Both the position numbers and the translations under genes were made by a program. Below the pieces are notes generated by a model. The model saw nothing but the letters and a program-made list of their open reading frames with translations, ran no database searches and was not told the origin of the DNA. Below, piece after piece: positions 1 to 6,309 of a DNA stretch of 13,851 nucleotides (position 1 is the first letter of the stretch; each line of letters opens with the position of its first letter). Source of the stretch: an uncultured Methanosarcinales archaeon (GTDB lineage: Archaea > Nanobdellota > Nanobdellia > Woesearchaeales > JACPBV01); contig CAZBLF010000029.1 in assembly GCA_964492935.1 (NCBI GenBank), positions 1 to 13,851 on the forward strand, given 5' to 3'.

Positions 1-86
1 AAGACCATGTCTCTTCTCGCTTTAAACCACCAGTGCTTTGCCTCTAGCATATGGTACTTTTTCTCGAATTGAGGCTGCATTTCCAT
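1..86 (-). CDS. Partial CDS (first 28 codons; runs off the window start): probable class I SAM-dependent methyltransferase
   Basis: Not in the ORF track because it is truncated. My minus-strand translation from the ATG at 86..84 reads MEMQPQFEKKYHMLEAKHWWFKARRDMV with no stop before the window edge. The HWWF-x-RR motif is typical of N-termini of Methyltransf_11/23-type enzymes in polysaccharide clusters. A palindromic TTTATAAA box lies at 109-116, 30 nt upstream of the ATG. Confidence 0.35.
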   Translation of the reverse strand, partial: MEMQPQFEKKYHMLEAKHWWFKARRDMV

Positions 87-108
87 GTGCTTTTAGAGTG
101 AACCTTAC

Positions 109-116
109 TTTATAAA
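109..116 (-). promoter_or_regulatory. Archaeal-type TATA box (TTTATAAA, perfectly palindromic) for the leftward methyltransferase gene
   Basis: Its 5' T at 116 is 30 nt upstream of the ATG at 86, the same spacing as at three other units in this window. An AAAAG BRE-like flank precedes it on the minus strand. Being palindromic, it could also fire rightward. Confidence 0.45.
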
Positions 117-168
117 CTTTTGTGGAGGGAAGATGTGTGTGATTCTTGATGTGACCCTACTGAGGCAC

Positions 169-205
169 GGAGCACTTATGAGCTTCCCTTGGAATCTCAT
201 GCTCC
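169..205. other. Imperfect extended hairpin or palindrome in the 212-nt divergent intergenic region
   Basis: GGAGCA(169-174) cttA TGAG(179-182) c TTCC(184-187) ctt GGAA(191-194) t CTCA(196-199) TGCTCC(200-205). This gives 14 possible base pairs with one 4-nt bulge and one 1x1 mismatch. It lies between the two divergent TATA boxes. Confidence 0.3.
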
Positions 206-258
206 TCGATGGGCGTCAGTAGGGTTACTGTAGGTTGAAACGTAAACAATAGCAAAAG

Positions 259-266
259 TTTATATA
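259..266 (+). promoter_or_regulatory. Archaeal-type TATA box (TTTATATA) for the DegT-GT2-cupin operon
   Basis: Preceded by AAAAG (BRE-like) and 40 nt upstream of the ATG at 299. It is part of a 26-nt block (259-284) nearly identical to 4191-4217. Confidence 0.5.
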
Positions 267-298
267 AACAGTTCCGTTTTTCAGAATCGATAAATACG

Positions 299-1417
299 AT
301 GATTCCCGTCTGTGAACCTGCTTTTTTTGGCAAGGAAAAAGAATATGTCCAGGAATGTATGGACACTAATTGGATCTCTTCTCTAGGTAGATTTGTACCC
401 TTATTTGAGAAAGCATTTTCTGGTTTTATTGGAACGAAACATGGTATTGCATGTAGTAATGGAACTTCAGCCTTGTATTTGGCGTATGCTTCACTCGGCA
501 TTGGACCGGGTGATGAGGTTATTATTCCTAATTTGAGTAATATTGCTTCAGCTAACTCGGTTATTTTATCGGGAGCGAAGCCGGTGCTTGTGGATATTGA
601 GGAACCTTCGATGGGGATTGATGCGAGTAAGATTGAGGAGAAGATAACCAGTAAGACTAAGGCAATCTTAGTGGTGCATTTGTATGGGCATCCTTGTGAT
701 ATGGACGCAATTCTGGAAATTACTAAAAAACATAACCTGTTGTTAGTTGAGGATTGTGCTGAGGCACATGGTGCTTCGTATAAGGGTAAGAAGGTGGGTA
801 GTTTTGGAGATGCTAGCGCATGGTCCTTTTATTCTAACAAGATTTTGATGACGGGAGAGGGTGGCATGGTGCTGACGGATAGTGCGGATGTTGAAAAGGA
901 AGCTCGCCTGATTCGTGATTTGGGTTTTACGGAGCCTCGGTTCCATCATTCTGTTCTTGGATTTAATTATCGTATGACTAATATTCAGGCTGCGATTGGA
1001 TATGCGCAAGTGGAATGTGTTGATGCGATCTTAGCAAAGAAAAAGGCGCTTAAAGCGTTGTATGATGGTCTACTTGCTGATGTGCCTGGTATTAGGGTGC
1101 AGGGTGCGGCGGATTGGGCTGAACCTGTATTGTGGATGTATGTTATTTTTCTTGAAGATTCTTTTGGGATGACGCCTAAAGAACTAATGGGAGTGTTGAA
1201 AGAGAAGGGCATTGATTCACGTCCGTTATTTTTTCCTTTTCACAGACAGCCGTTGTATACTGAAGGTGGCGATGATCGGTATCCTAATTGTGAAGGTGAT
1301 TTTCCGGTTTCTGACAAGGTTTCGGAGACGGGATTGTACCTGCCTTCTGGAATTAACTTAACTGAGGAGCAGGTTGGTACGATTGTTGATGCGTTGAAGG
1401 AGGCTAGCAAGGCATGA
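299..1417 (+). CDS. PLP-dependent sugar aminotransferase, DegT/DnrJ/EryC1/StrS family
   Basis: 372 aa. The N-terminus PVCEPAFFGKEKEYVQECMDTNWIS is typical of the family, as are GTSALYLA, VEDCAEAHGA and the Schiff-base lysine context SFYSNKILMTGEGGMV. It overlaps the next gene by ATGA. Confidence 0.9.
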   Translation: MIPVCEPAFFGKEKEYVQECMDTNWISSLGRFVPLFEKAFSGFIGTKHGIACSNGTSALYLAYASLGIGPGDEVIIPNLSNIASANSVILSGAKPVLVDIEEPSMGIDASKIEEKITSKTKAILVVHLYGHPCDMDAILEITKKHNLLLVEDCAEAHGASYKGKKVGSFGDASAWSFYSNKILMTGEGGMVLTDSADVEKEARLIRDLGFTEPRFHHSVLGFNYRMTNIQAAIGYAQVECVDAILAKKKALKALYDGLLADVPGIRVQGAADWAEPVLWMYVIFLEDSFGMTPKELMGVLKEKGIDSRPLFFPFHRQPLYTEGGDDRYPNCEGDFPVSDKVSETGLYLPSGINLTEEQVGTIVDALKEASKA

Positions 1418-2112
1418 TTTCGATTATTCTTGCTACGTTTAACGAGAAAGAGAACATTCAGGATATGATTGATAGTTTGACGAAGGAAATTAAAGAACCT
1501 TTGGAGATTGTGGTGGTTGATGATAACAGTCCGGATGGAACTGCGGATTTAGTTGCTGGTTTGAAATATGATCACGTTACCTTGATTAGACGGAAGAAGA
1601 CGAAGGGTCTGGCTACTGCGTTTAATCGTGGTATTATCGAATCTAAAGGTGATATTGTGGGTTGGATGGATAGTGATATGTGTATGCCGCCTGCTTTAGT
1701 GCCTAAGATGATTTCTCTTTTGAAGGAATATGATGCGGTTGTTGGATCACGTTATGTGAAGGGTGCAAAAGATACGCGTGCTCCTATTCGAACGATTACG
1801 AGTACGATGATCAATGGATTGGCTGGCTTTGTGTTGGGATATGGGATTAAGGATTATGATAGTGGCTTTATTGTGTTGAAGCGATCGGTGTTTAACGAGG
1901 TTACACTGTATCCTAAGGGCTATGGTTCGTACTTTATTGAATTGTTGTTCGATATTCGCAAGAAGGGAATGACGGTGAAGGAGATTCCCTATACGTTTAA
2001 TGAGCGTTCGAAAGGAACATCGAAAAGCTTTTCTAGTTGGTTTAATTTGATTACTCTTGGAATGGAATATGTTATTCGGATTTTTAAAACTCGATTGAAG
2101 AGGACCCGATGA
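1414..2112 (+). CDS. Family 2 glycosyltransferase, dolichyl/polyprenyl-phosphate sugar synthase-like (DPM1/ArnC/AglD-like)
   Basis: 232 aa. ISIILATFNEKENI...VVVDDNSPDGT is the GT-A N-terminal signature, followed by a DSD acidic motif (WMDSDM). Size and layout match DPM1-type enzymes. ATGA overlaps occur on both sides. Confidence 0.85.
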   Translation: MISIILATFNEKENIQDMIDSLTKEIKEPLEIVVVDDNSPDGTADLVAGLKYDHVTLIRRKKTKGLATAFNRGIIESKGDIVGWMDSDMCMPPALVPKMISLLKEYDAVVGSRYVKGAKDTRAPIRTITSTMINGLAGFVLGYGIKDYDSGFIVLKRSVFNEVTLYPKGYGSYFIELLFDIRKKGMTVKEIPYTFNERSKGTSKSFSSWFNLITLGMEYVIRIFKTRLKRTR

Positions 2113-2483
2113 AGCTTGCGACTTTAGTAAAACCTTCGTTTACTCGTAAGGATGAACGTGGATTGTTTCAGGAAGTGCTGAATGGTGGCACGTGGAAGGT
2201 GTTGTTGCAAGGTAACATGAAACCGGGCGCCATTATGGGGAATCACTTTCATAAGAAGACTGATATTTTCTTCTTTTTGCCTTCTGGTACAGCAGATGTG
2301 TATTTGGAGCATTCTGAGACAGGAGAGAAAGAGGAATGTAAGCTAGAAGCTGAAGAGGGTATTCATATCAGTCGTCTTGTTTCTCACGCGATTAAATATA
2401 CTGCCGATAGTACCTTTATTTTGTTGAAAACTAATTTTGATGCGGACGATGAGGATCTGCACGAACATATTCTTGTAGAATAA
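2109..2483 (+). CDS. Small cupin-fold protein, FdtA/WxcM-like sugar ketoisomerase or epimerase candidate
   Basis: 124 aa. F-x-RKDERG-LFQE, then GNHFHKK followed by beta-strand-like segments (DIFFFLPSGTADVYLE), resembles the RG-x-HAHKK core of FdtA/WxcM-type cupins. It is translationally coupled to the GT2 and sits in an operon with a DegT aminotransferase. Confidence 0.55.
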   Translation: MKLATLVKPSFTRKDERGLFQEVLNGGTWKVLLQGNMKPGAIMGNHFHKKTDIFFFLPSGTADVYLEHSETGEKEECKLEAEEGIHISRLVSHAIKYTADSTFILLKTNFDADDEDLHEHILVE

Positions 2484-3158
2484 TTATTCTTTTACGGTTG
2501 AGAAGATTGTGTGTAGGTAAAATACTGTTCTTAACAGTTCTGTTGCGATGTTTAATGTATAGAACGCTAGGATGATCTGTACGTTTGCGAAGATGATGAA
2601 GGGAAATGCTACCTTGTTGAAGTCGATGAGCATGGTGAAGAGTCTTGCTGGACCTTTATTCTTTCCTTTTGCTTTCTCTAGGTTGGTTTCAGTCTTTTCG
2701 GTGTAATCGAAGACGCGTTCTCTCGCACTCGTTACTGCTAGAAGCGTTAGGGCTGCGATCAGGATGTAGATGCTGTTGAAATTGTTCCTGAAATGGAAGA
2801 ATAGACCTAGGGCTAGTGCTACATAGAAGATTCTATTTACTAGAAGATCTCCGATTGCATCGTACAGGAAGCCTTTCTTTGAGAATTTCTTGGTGATTCT
2901 CGCAATTGCGCCATCGGCACAGTCTAATAGGATACCTAGTTCGAATAGGATTACGGTTGGAAGTTTAAGGAACATGAATGCGGTTACAATGCTTGCTAGT
3001 TTTGCTAGAAGGTTTAAGGTGGTAACTTGGTTAGGGGTTGCTCTTAGTTTTAGGAGAACCCAGGTTAATGGTACTGAGAGATAGCGGTACATCATCTGGT
3101 GGATTAACTTGTAGTGCCACGGCTTCGCGCTTTTCTTTAAGATGTATTTGAAATTCAT
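2484..3158 (-). CDS. CDP-alcohol phosphotransferase family integral membrane protein (canonical motif)
   Basis: 224 aa and hydrophobic throughout. It carries the complete signature D-x2-DG-x2-AR-x8-G-x3-D-x3-D as LLDCADGAIARITKKFSKKGFLYDAIGD (nt 2847-2924). Confidence 0.85.
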   Translation of the reverse strand: MNFKYILKKSAKPWHYKLIHQMMYRYLSVPLTWVLLKLRATPNQVTTLNLLAKLASIVTAFMFLKLPTVILFELGILLDCADGAIARITKKFSKKGFLYDAIGDLLVNRIFYVALALGLFFHFRNNFNSIYILIAALTLLAVTSARERVFDYTEKTETNLEKAKGKNKGPARLFTMLIDFNKVAFPFIIFANVQIILAFYTLNIATELLRTVFYLHTIFSTVKE

Positions 3159-3181
3159 AGGTTACCTGGATTTGTGTGTTT

Positions 3182-4093
3182 TTATAAGGGTTTTCCTTCT
3201 AGCAGTGCGTTTATTGCCATGGCCCATCCTTCGGGACCGGTGCCATCTACTCTGATTATTGAAGAATTTTCTGGAAGTTCTACATGTCCTTTAGGCTTTG
3301 CCACTTGGTAGCCTTTGTCTGCCCATTCTTCCATGCCGTGATCGCTTTGGGAATCGCCTAGTCCAACGGTAAAAACTCCTTGAGGGTATTTGATTTCGTA
3401 CATTTGCTTGAGGGCTTTACACGCCTCTTCTTTTGAAACTTCATTGTTATCGCGTCCCTTACCGACTAAGTGGTAGCGGCCTCGACTCCATGTATATCCT
3501 GCATCCTCTAATTCCTGTTTGAATCGCGCTATTTTTTCTTCGTCATCGTCGAAGCCTCCGAATTCGGTTCCAATCTTTACGGGCAGATGATATTCTTTCA
3601 TTTGATCTAGCTTTGCTAGCTCTAGGTCATAGCCGACGTCTCTGCCTAGTTCTTGGGGAGACATCTCCGTATAAAGTCTGATTTCAAATGGGAGTTCTTT
3701 TTGTAGTTCATGTAGGAATCTCGTTGTTTCGTCGACTCCAATGTTGTATTCTAGAAGGTTGTATGTTGCATTATCTTCGACTCTCTCCTCATCGGCGAGC
3801 CAAGGTCTAAATTCTTCATGCTCTTCTAACTCACTACGACTTAGAAAATCTTCTGGGACGTAGATGACGCTTCCGTTTTCTGCTATTAATGGAAAGGGAT
3901 TATCTAATCTTCGAATGTCTAGGAGTGCGAGAGCTGCTGATTTGCCGGTAACGAAAGATATGGGGATTTCAGCTTCAATAGCTGCATCGTAGGCGTCTCG
4001 TGAGAGATCGTCTTTAGCGGTGCGATCGTCTATGTAGCAACCATCCATATCGGTAAGAATGATTGTTTGTTCAAGATCTTGGTCTGCATGCAT
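3182..4093 (-). CDS. HAD superfamily phosphatase, subclass IIB-like (MPGP/Cof-like), very acidic
   Basis: 303 aa. Motif I is ILTDMDGCYIDD, motif II FVTGKS and motif IV GLGDSQSDHGM, with a large cap insertion between motifs II and IV. A 23-nt gap separates it from the downstream CDP-alcohol transferase. Confidence 0.7.
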   Translation of the reverse strand: MHADQDLEQTIILTDMDGCYIDDRTAKDDLSRDAYDAAIEAEIPISFVTGKSAALALLDIRRLDNPFPLIAENGSVIYVPEDFLSRSELEEHEEFRPWLADEERVEDNATYNLLEYNIGVDETTRFLHELQKELPFEIRLYTEMSPQELGRDVGYDLELAKLDQMKEYHLPVKIGTEFGGFDDDEEKIARFKQELEDAGYTWSRGRYHLVGKGRDNNEVSKEEACKALKQMYEIKYPQGVFTVGLGDSQSDHGMEEWADKGYQVAKPKGHVELPENSSIIRVDGTGPEGWAMAINALLEGKPL

Positions 4094-4115
4094 GTAATTT
4101 ACACATGAAAAAGCC

Positions 4116-4123
4116 TATATAAA
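4116..4123 (-). promoter_or_regulatory. Archaeal-type TATA box (TTTATATA on the minus strand) for the HAD/CDP-alcohol-transferase operon
   Basis: Its 5' T at 4123 is exactly 30 nt upstream of the ATG at 4093. An AGAAAGA purine flank lies upstream on the minus strand. Confidence 0.5.
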
Positions 4124-4190
4124 TCTTTCTCTTTTTACTACTTGATAATGGTACTTATATTTCATAGTGCTCCTGTTATGTTTAGGTACA

Positions 4191-4198
4191 TTTATAAA
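4191..4198 (+). promoter_or_regulatory. Archaeal-type TATA box (TTTATAAA) for the nucleotidyltransferase/kinase-fusion/RLP operon
   Basis: Exactly 30 nt upstream of the ATG at 4221, which supports 4221 rather than 4167 as the start. It begins a block (4191-4217) nearly identical to 259-284. Confidence 0.55.
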
Positions 4199-4220
4199 AA
4201 CAGTTTTGTTCTTTCAGGGG

Positions 4221-4937
4221 ATGAAAGCGTTAATTTTAGCGGCTGGAATGGGAAGTCGATTGATGCCGTATACTGAGGAAACTCCGAAGTGTTTGTTGAA
4301 GGTGGGGGAGGTTCCGATGTTGGCTTTGCAGTTGAAGGCATTGCATGCTATTGGGATTCGCGATATTGTTGTGGTTACTGGTTATTTGAAAGAGAAAGTA
4401 GAGGAAGTTGTTGGAGATCAGGGGAAATGTATCTTTAATCCTGATTTTGAGACTCATGGGATTTTGCATTCGTTTTTAGCTGCTAAAGAAGAGGTGTATG
4501 GCGAGGAATTTTTGTATTTGGCAGGAGATATTGTGTATAATGCTAAGATTCCGTCTTTGATTGCTTCTGGTAAAGGAGATATTGCTATTGGTGTTGATCG
4601 GAAGCCTTGCAACGAGGAGCATTCAAAAGTGTTAGTTGAGAACGGCCAGGTTGTGGAGATGGCTAAGACGATTGTTTGTGGGGAAGCTACTGGTGAATTT
4701 GCTCATATTGCTAAGTTTTCTAAGGAAGGCAGTAAGGCGTTCTTTGATGTGATTGAGGAAACGCTTGCTGAGAAAGATGCGCGTGCGTATATGATGGATG
4801 CGTTGAACAAGGTTCGCGACAAGGGTTTGGTTATGCTTCCGGTGTACACTGACGGGTATGCTCGGATTGAAATTGATTTTATTGAGGATTTAGAGAAAGC
4901 CCGAAAGATGGTGTTTCATGAAACTGACGCTCGTTAG
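4221..4937 (+). CDS. Sugar- or alcohol-phosphate nucleotidyltransferase (LicC/IPCT/PntC-like)
   Basis: MKALILAAGMGSRLMPYTEETPKCLLKV is the G-x-G-(S/T)-R...PK nucleotide-binding signature. It is 238 aa from the ATG at 4221. The track ORF begins at 4167, but that extension would start upstream of the TATA box. It overlaps the next gene by 20 nt. Confidence 0.8.
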   Translation: MKALILAAGMGSRLMPYTEETPKCLLKVGEVPMLALQLKALHAIGIRDIVVVTGYLKEKVEEVVGDQGKCIFNPDFETHGILHSFLAAKEEVYGEEFLYLAGDIVYNAKIPSLIASGKGDIAIGVDRKPCNEEHSKVLVENGQVVEMAKTIVCGEATGEFAHIAKFSKEGSKAFFDVIEETLAEKDARAYMMDALNKVRDKGLVMLPVYTDGYARIEIDFIEDLEKARKMVFHETDAR

Positions 4938-6309
4938 ACACGGTCAGACTGAGGAAAATGCTTCTGGTATTATTCAGGGACAGAGTCGTGGAACGTTAAG
5001 TGAAAAGGGGAAGCTGCAGGCTGCGGAGCTTGGGGAGACTTTGAAGAATCATTCTTTCGATGTGATTATTTCTAGTAGTTCTAATCGTGCCAAGAATACG
5101 GCGTCGGTGATTGGTGAGGGGCATGATGTTGCATTGGAGTTGTCTGATGCAATTCGTGAGAGAAATTTGGGTGTTGCAGAGGGAACTGCTGTAGGGGCGG
5201 CACATGGGTTGATGAAGGAGACGCCGGAAGGTGGGGAATCGTTAGCTCAGGTTAGGGATCGTGCCGAGGCGTTTGCTCGAGAATTGCTTGCAAAAGAATA
5301 TTCTTCTTGTTTGATTGTATCGCATAATGGATTTCTTGCGCATTTGATGGGATTTTTTCAGGCAAAGGCAATTGATTCTTGTTTAGACTTTAAAATTGAA
5401 CATGGTGAAGTTTTGGAGATTGATATTTCTCTCGTTGATGTGGGGAATTTGAATTATGTATACAAGATTACGCTGAATGGAATTACTGGATATTTGAAGC
5501 AGGCTCTGACAGAGTATCGTAAATCGTTTCCTGGTGAGAAAGAGTTGCCGTTGAAAGAGGATCGATTGGCGAATGAGGTTGCTGCTCTGAAGCAATTGAA
5601 TGCTTTGGATGTTTCTGGTTTTACCTTTCCTTCGGTGTTGTCGTATGATGCTGCCCATAATCTAGTGTTGTTATCTGAAATTACGGGAAAAACATTGCTC
5701 TCTTATTTCTTGGAGGGTGTTTTTGATGAAGCGCATGCTTCTGCTGCGGGAGATGCTCTGGGATTGTTGCATGCGGTGGATGCTGCTGGCATTCGAAAGG
5801 ATGATGATGCTTTCTTTAAGGAGATTGTTCGGTTTCGAAGCGTGGTGAGTAGTCATGCGCTAGGTTCGGAGCATCAGAAATTGATTGCTGAACGGTTTGA
5901 TACTATTTTTGCTGATGGTTTTCCAAAATCTTTGTTGATTGGTGATTTTTCTCCTAAGCAGTTGTTGTTATCTGGAGGTTCTGTGGGTGTTGTGGACTTG
6001 GAATTTGCTTGTAAAGGTGATGCGGCATTCGATGTTGGCTTTTTCTTGGCGCACTATGTGCTGGAGGAGATGAAGGGTGCTGATTCTGGTGCGGTAGAGG
6101 GTGCTATGAAGGCCTTTATTGAGGCGTATGGGAAGCATGTTGCTATTGAAGGGATGAAATCAAGGATACTTTTTTATATGGGAGCGGGATTACTCAATAG
6201 AGTCGATGGCACGGTTCGGGGTGGCGATATCAATGAAGCAATTGTCGCTGCTATCAGGGAACGATCGATAAAAATTATTAGTGGGGAAGTAACCTATGGA
6301 ATGGGATAA
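4918..6309 (+). CDS. Bifunctional fusion: N-terminal histidine phosphatase (PGM/cofactor-dependent mutase family) plus C-terminal MtnK-like (APH/choline-kinase fold) kinase
   Basis: 463 aa. Residues 1-~168 carry LVRHGQTEEN (RHG motif), SSSSNRAKNTA (conserved Arg) and IVSHNGFL (second His). From residue ~175, VGNLNYVYKI and GYLKQAL match the MtnK GDGNLNYVF and IIKQAV motifs. IGDFSPKQLLL is the catalytic-loop Asp, VVDLEFACKGDAAFDVGFF the D-x-EF metal loop, and MGAGLLNRVDG matches the MtnK C-terminal helix. Confidence 0.8.
   Translation: MKLTLVRHGQTEENASGIIQGQSRGTLSEKGKLQAAELGETLKNHSFDVIISSSSNRAKNTASVIGEGHDVALELSDAIRERNLGVAEGTAVGAAHGLMKETPEGGESLAQVRDRAEAFARELLAKEYSSCLIVSHNGFLAHLMGFFQAKAIDSCLDFKIEHGEVLEIDISLVDVGNLNYVYKITLNGITGYLKQALTEYRKSFPGEKELPLKEDRLANEVAALKQLNALDVSGFTFPSVLSYDAAHNLVLLSEITGKTLLSYFLEGVFDEAHASAAGDALGLLHAVDAAGIRKDDDAFFKEIVRFRSVVSSHALGSEHQKLIAERFDTIFADGFPKSLLIGDFSPKQLLLSGGSVGVVDLEFACKGDAAFDVGFFLAHYVLEEMKGADSGAVEGAMKAFIEAYGKHVAIEGMKSRILFYMGAGLLNRVDGTVRGGDINEAIVAAIRERSIKIISGEVTYGMG

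Noticed and set aside
133-222. 29-codon plus-strand small ORF (MCVILDVTLLRHGALMSFPWNLMLLDGRQ) in the long intergenic region
   Set aside because: It has no motif and no conservation evidence available, and its ATG is too close to the only candidate rightward TATA box (109-116). I cannot distinguish it from chance. The region is reported as an unexplained structured spacer instead.
157-501. 114-aa minus-strand ORF spanning the intergenic region and the 5' end of the DegT gene
   Set aside because: It lies antisense to a strongly supported DegT CDS and has no recognisable motif. It has no TATA box at the appropriate distance, and its upstream half would lie inside the DegT coding region. It is a typical shadow ORF.
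4167-4220. Upstream extension of the nucleotidyltransferase ORF (MLLLCLGTFIKTVLFFQG...)
   Set aside because: The extension would begin upstream of the TATA box at 4191. The family N-terminus (MKALILAAGxGSRL) begins exactly at the ATG at 4221, which is 30 nt from that TATA box.
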